The notes under the pieces: generated by a model | Database searches by the model: none | Told to the model about the DNA's origin: nothing | Seen by the model: the letters and a program-made list of their open reading frames with translations, nothing else | In this document: positions 62,895 through 64,000 of the stretch, in pieces | Numbering within the stretch: the stretch's first letter is position 1 | How the letters are laid out: each line of letters starts with the position of its first letter | Assembly (NCBI GenBank): GCA_963628215.1 | Contig: CAVGEJ010000001.1 | Location: forward strand, 12,571 to 76,570 | Direction: 5' to 3' | Source of the DNA: Eubacterium sp. CAG:180 | GTDB taxonomy: Bacteria; Bacillota; Clostridia; Oscillospirales; CAG-272 | DNA: 64,000 nt | Made by a program: the position numbers and the translations under genes

Positions 62895-64000
62895 ATGAAG
62901 CCTTATTTACTGGCACTCGACCAAGGGACAACAAGTTCGCGTTGCATTCTGTTTGATCGGCACGGGACGGTGCTGTCGCGGGTCAATCGCGAATTCCGAC
63001 AGTCCTATCCGCAGGACGGTTGGGTGGAGCAGGACGCAACCGAGATTCTCGCCTCGCAGATGGGCGTTGCAGTGGAAGCCATGCTCCGCGCGGGCATCGG
63101 CGCAGAGGAAATCGCGGCAATCGGCATCACGAATCAGCGGGAAACCGTCATCGTCTGGGATCGCGCCACGGGAAAGCCGATCTGTCCCGCAATCGTCTGG
63201 CAGTGCAGACGGACGGCAGAGCGCTGCGCCGAACTGAAGCGGCAGGGATTGGAGTCGATGCTCCATGCCAAAACCGGACTGATTGCCGACCCGTATTTTT
63301 CGGCAACCAAGTTGCAATGGATTCTGGAAAACATCCCCGACGCGCGCCGTCGCGCGGAAGCGGGGGAACTTTGCTTCGGCACGGTGGACAGTTGGCTGAT
63401 CTGGAATCTGACGGGCGGGAAAGTCCACGCCACAGACCCCTCCAATGCGGCGCGCACCATGCTGTACAACATTCACACAGGGGCGTGGGATCGCGATCTG
63501 CTCGATCTGTTCGGCATTCCGGAGGCAATCCTGCCCGAGATCAAACCGTCCTCCTGCATATTCGGCTATACATCCGAGCATCTGTTCGGGGAGCGCATTC
63601 CGATCTCCGGCGCGGCGGGGGATCAGCAGGCGGCGCTGTTCGGGCAGGGGTGCTTTGACGCGGGCGATGTCAAGAACACTTACGGAACGGGCGGATTTTT
63701 GCTGATGAACACAGGCGAGACGCCTGTCGATTCCGAAGCGGGACTGCTGACAACCGTCGGTTGGCAACTCGGAGACCGCACAACCTATGTGTTGGAAGGC
63801 TCGGTCTTTGTCTGCGGAGCGGTTATTCAGTGGTTGCGGGACGGATTGCATCTGTTCGGAAAGGCGAGCGAGACCGAAGCCATGGCAACCGCAGTTCCCG
63901 ACAGCGCGGGTGTTTATCTTGTTCCCGCCTTTGTCGGACTGGGCGCGCCGTACTGGGATCCGTTCGCGCGCGGTTCAATTCAGGGACTGACCCGCGCTGT
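62895..64000 (+). CDS. glpK: glycerol kinase (3' end beyond window)
   Basis: Not in the track (no stop in the window). My translation from ATG 62895 after GGAGG reads [52 protein letters not shown]...[28 protein letters not shown]...[11 protein letters not shown]. Confidence 0.95.
   Translation, partial: MKPYLLALDQGTTSSRCILFDRHGTVLSRVNREFRQSYPQDGWVEQDATEILASQMGVAVEAMLRAGIGAEEIAAIGITNQRETVIVWDRATGKPICPAIVWQCRRTAERCAELKRQGLESMLHAKTGLIADPYFSATKLQWILENIPDARRRAEAGELCFGTVDSWLIWNLTGGKVHATDPSNAARTMLYNIHTGAWDRDLLDLFGIPEAILPEIKPSSCIFGYTSEHLFGERIPISGAAGDQQAALFGQGCFDAGDVKNTYGTGGFLLMNTGETPVDSEAGLLTTVGWQLGDRTTYVLEGSVFVCGAVIQWLRDGLHLFGKASETEAMATAVPDSAGVYLVPAFVGLGAPYWDPFARGSIQGLTRA

Noticed and set aside
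1-64000. Mobile elements, prophage, CRISPR arrays, defence systems, toxin-antitoxin pairs, tRNA/rRNA genes
   Set aside because: I scanned both strands. I found no transposase/integrase/recombinase-like ORFs, no long direct or terminal inverted repeats, no regularly spaced repeat array and no cloverleaf-like or rRNA-like segments. The only repeats seen are terminator hairpins and short tandem units noted above. The two XRE genes are not arranged or sized like a typical TA pair (the partner is a 277-aa membrane protein).

Overview
GC-rich, very gene-dense chromosomal segment. Its hallmarks are Firmicutes/Clostridia: ylmC, ylxM-ffh-rpsP-KH, ecfA-ecfA'-ecfT-truA, an anaerobic NrdDG, [FeFe]-hydrogenases, and recurrent TTGACA-17-TGnTATAAT promoters. 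It looks like an Oscillospiraceae/Ruminococcaceae-type anaerobe, but I cannot verify taxonomy here. I call about 60 CDS. I recognised no rRNA/tRNA, CRISPR array, transposase or phage gene.

Gene blocks, left to right:
- Tandem DUF21-CBS paralogs.
- A small accessory-looking XRE / membrane-tethered XRE / lipoprotein module.
- deoC-deoB-cdd-nnrD.
- MBL hydrolase-gltX-glnS (minus strand).
- A nine-gene aromatic amino acid supraoperon that includes an AroE-AroK fusion.
- nrdDG.
- proBAC-lysR-yfcE.
- rex-adhE followed directly by a sensory-hydrogenase module and a group-B [FeFe]-hydrogenase.
- DUF951-yfhO-ruvAB (minus strand) divergent from ruvC-methyltransferase-ecfAA'T-truA.
- A ClpE-like unfoldase plus a P-type-ATPase homologue with degenerate catalytic motifs.
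- ylmC, rpsB-tsf, ylxM-ffh-rpsP-KH, a hypothetical protein, and the 5' part of glpK.

Best candidate for a poorly understood system: the eight-gene, almost gap-free array at 31.3-40.3 kb. It reads Rex, AdhE, an APH-fold kinase-like protein, two thioredoxin-like [2Fe-2S] mini-proteins, a PAS-containing HydS-like sensory hydrogenase, a PP2C phosphatase with an unassigned C-terminal domain, and a group-B hydrogenase. It joins NADH sensing and putative H2 sensing to the two fermentative electron sinks, and I can see no output regulator for the phospho-signal.

Second candidate: the pseudo-P-type ATPase at 54.8-57.4 kb.

Many long ORFs in the supplied track are codon-register antisense artefacts and were rejected. 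All functional calls rest on motif recognition by eye; no database search was possible.
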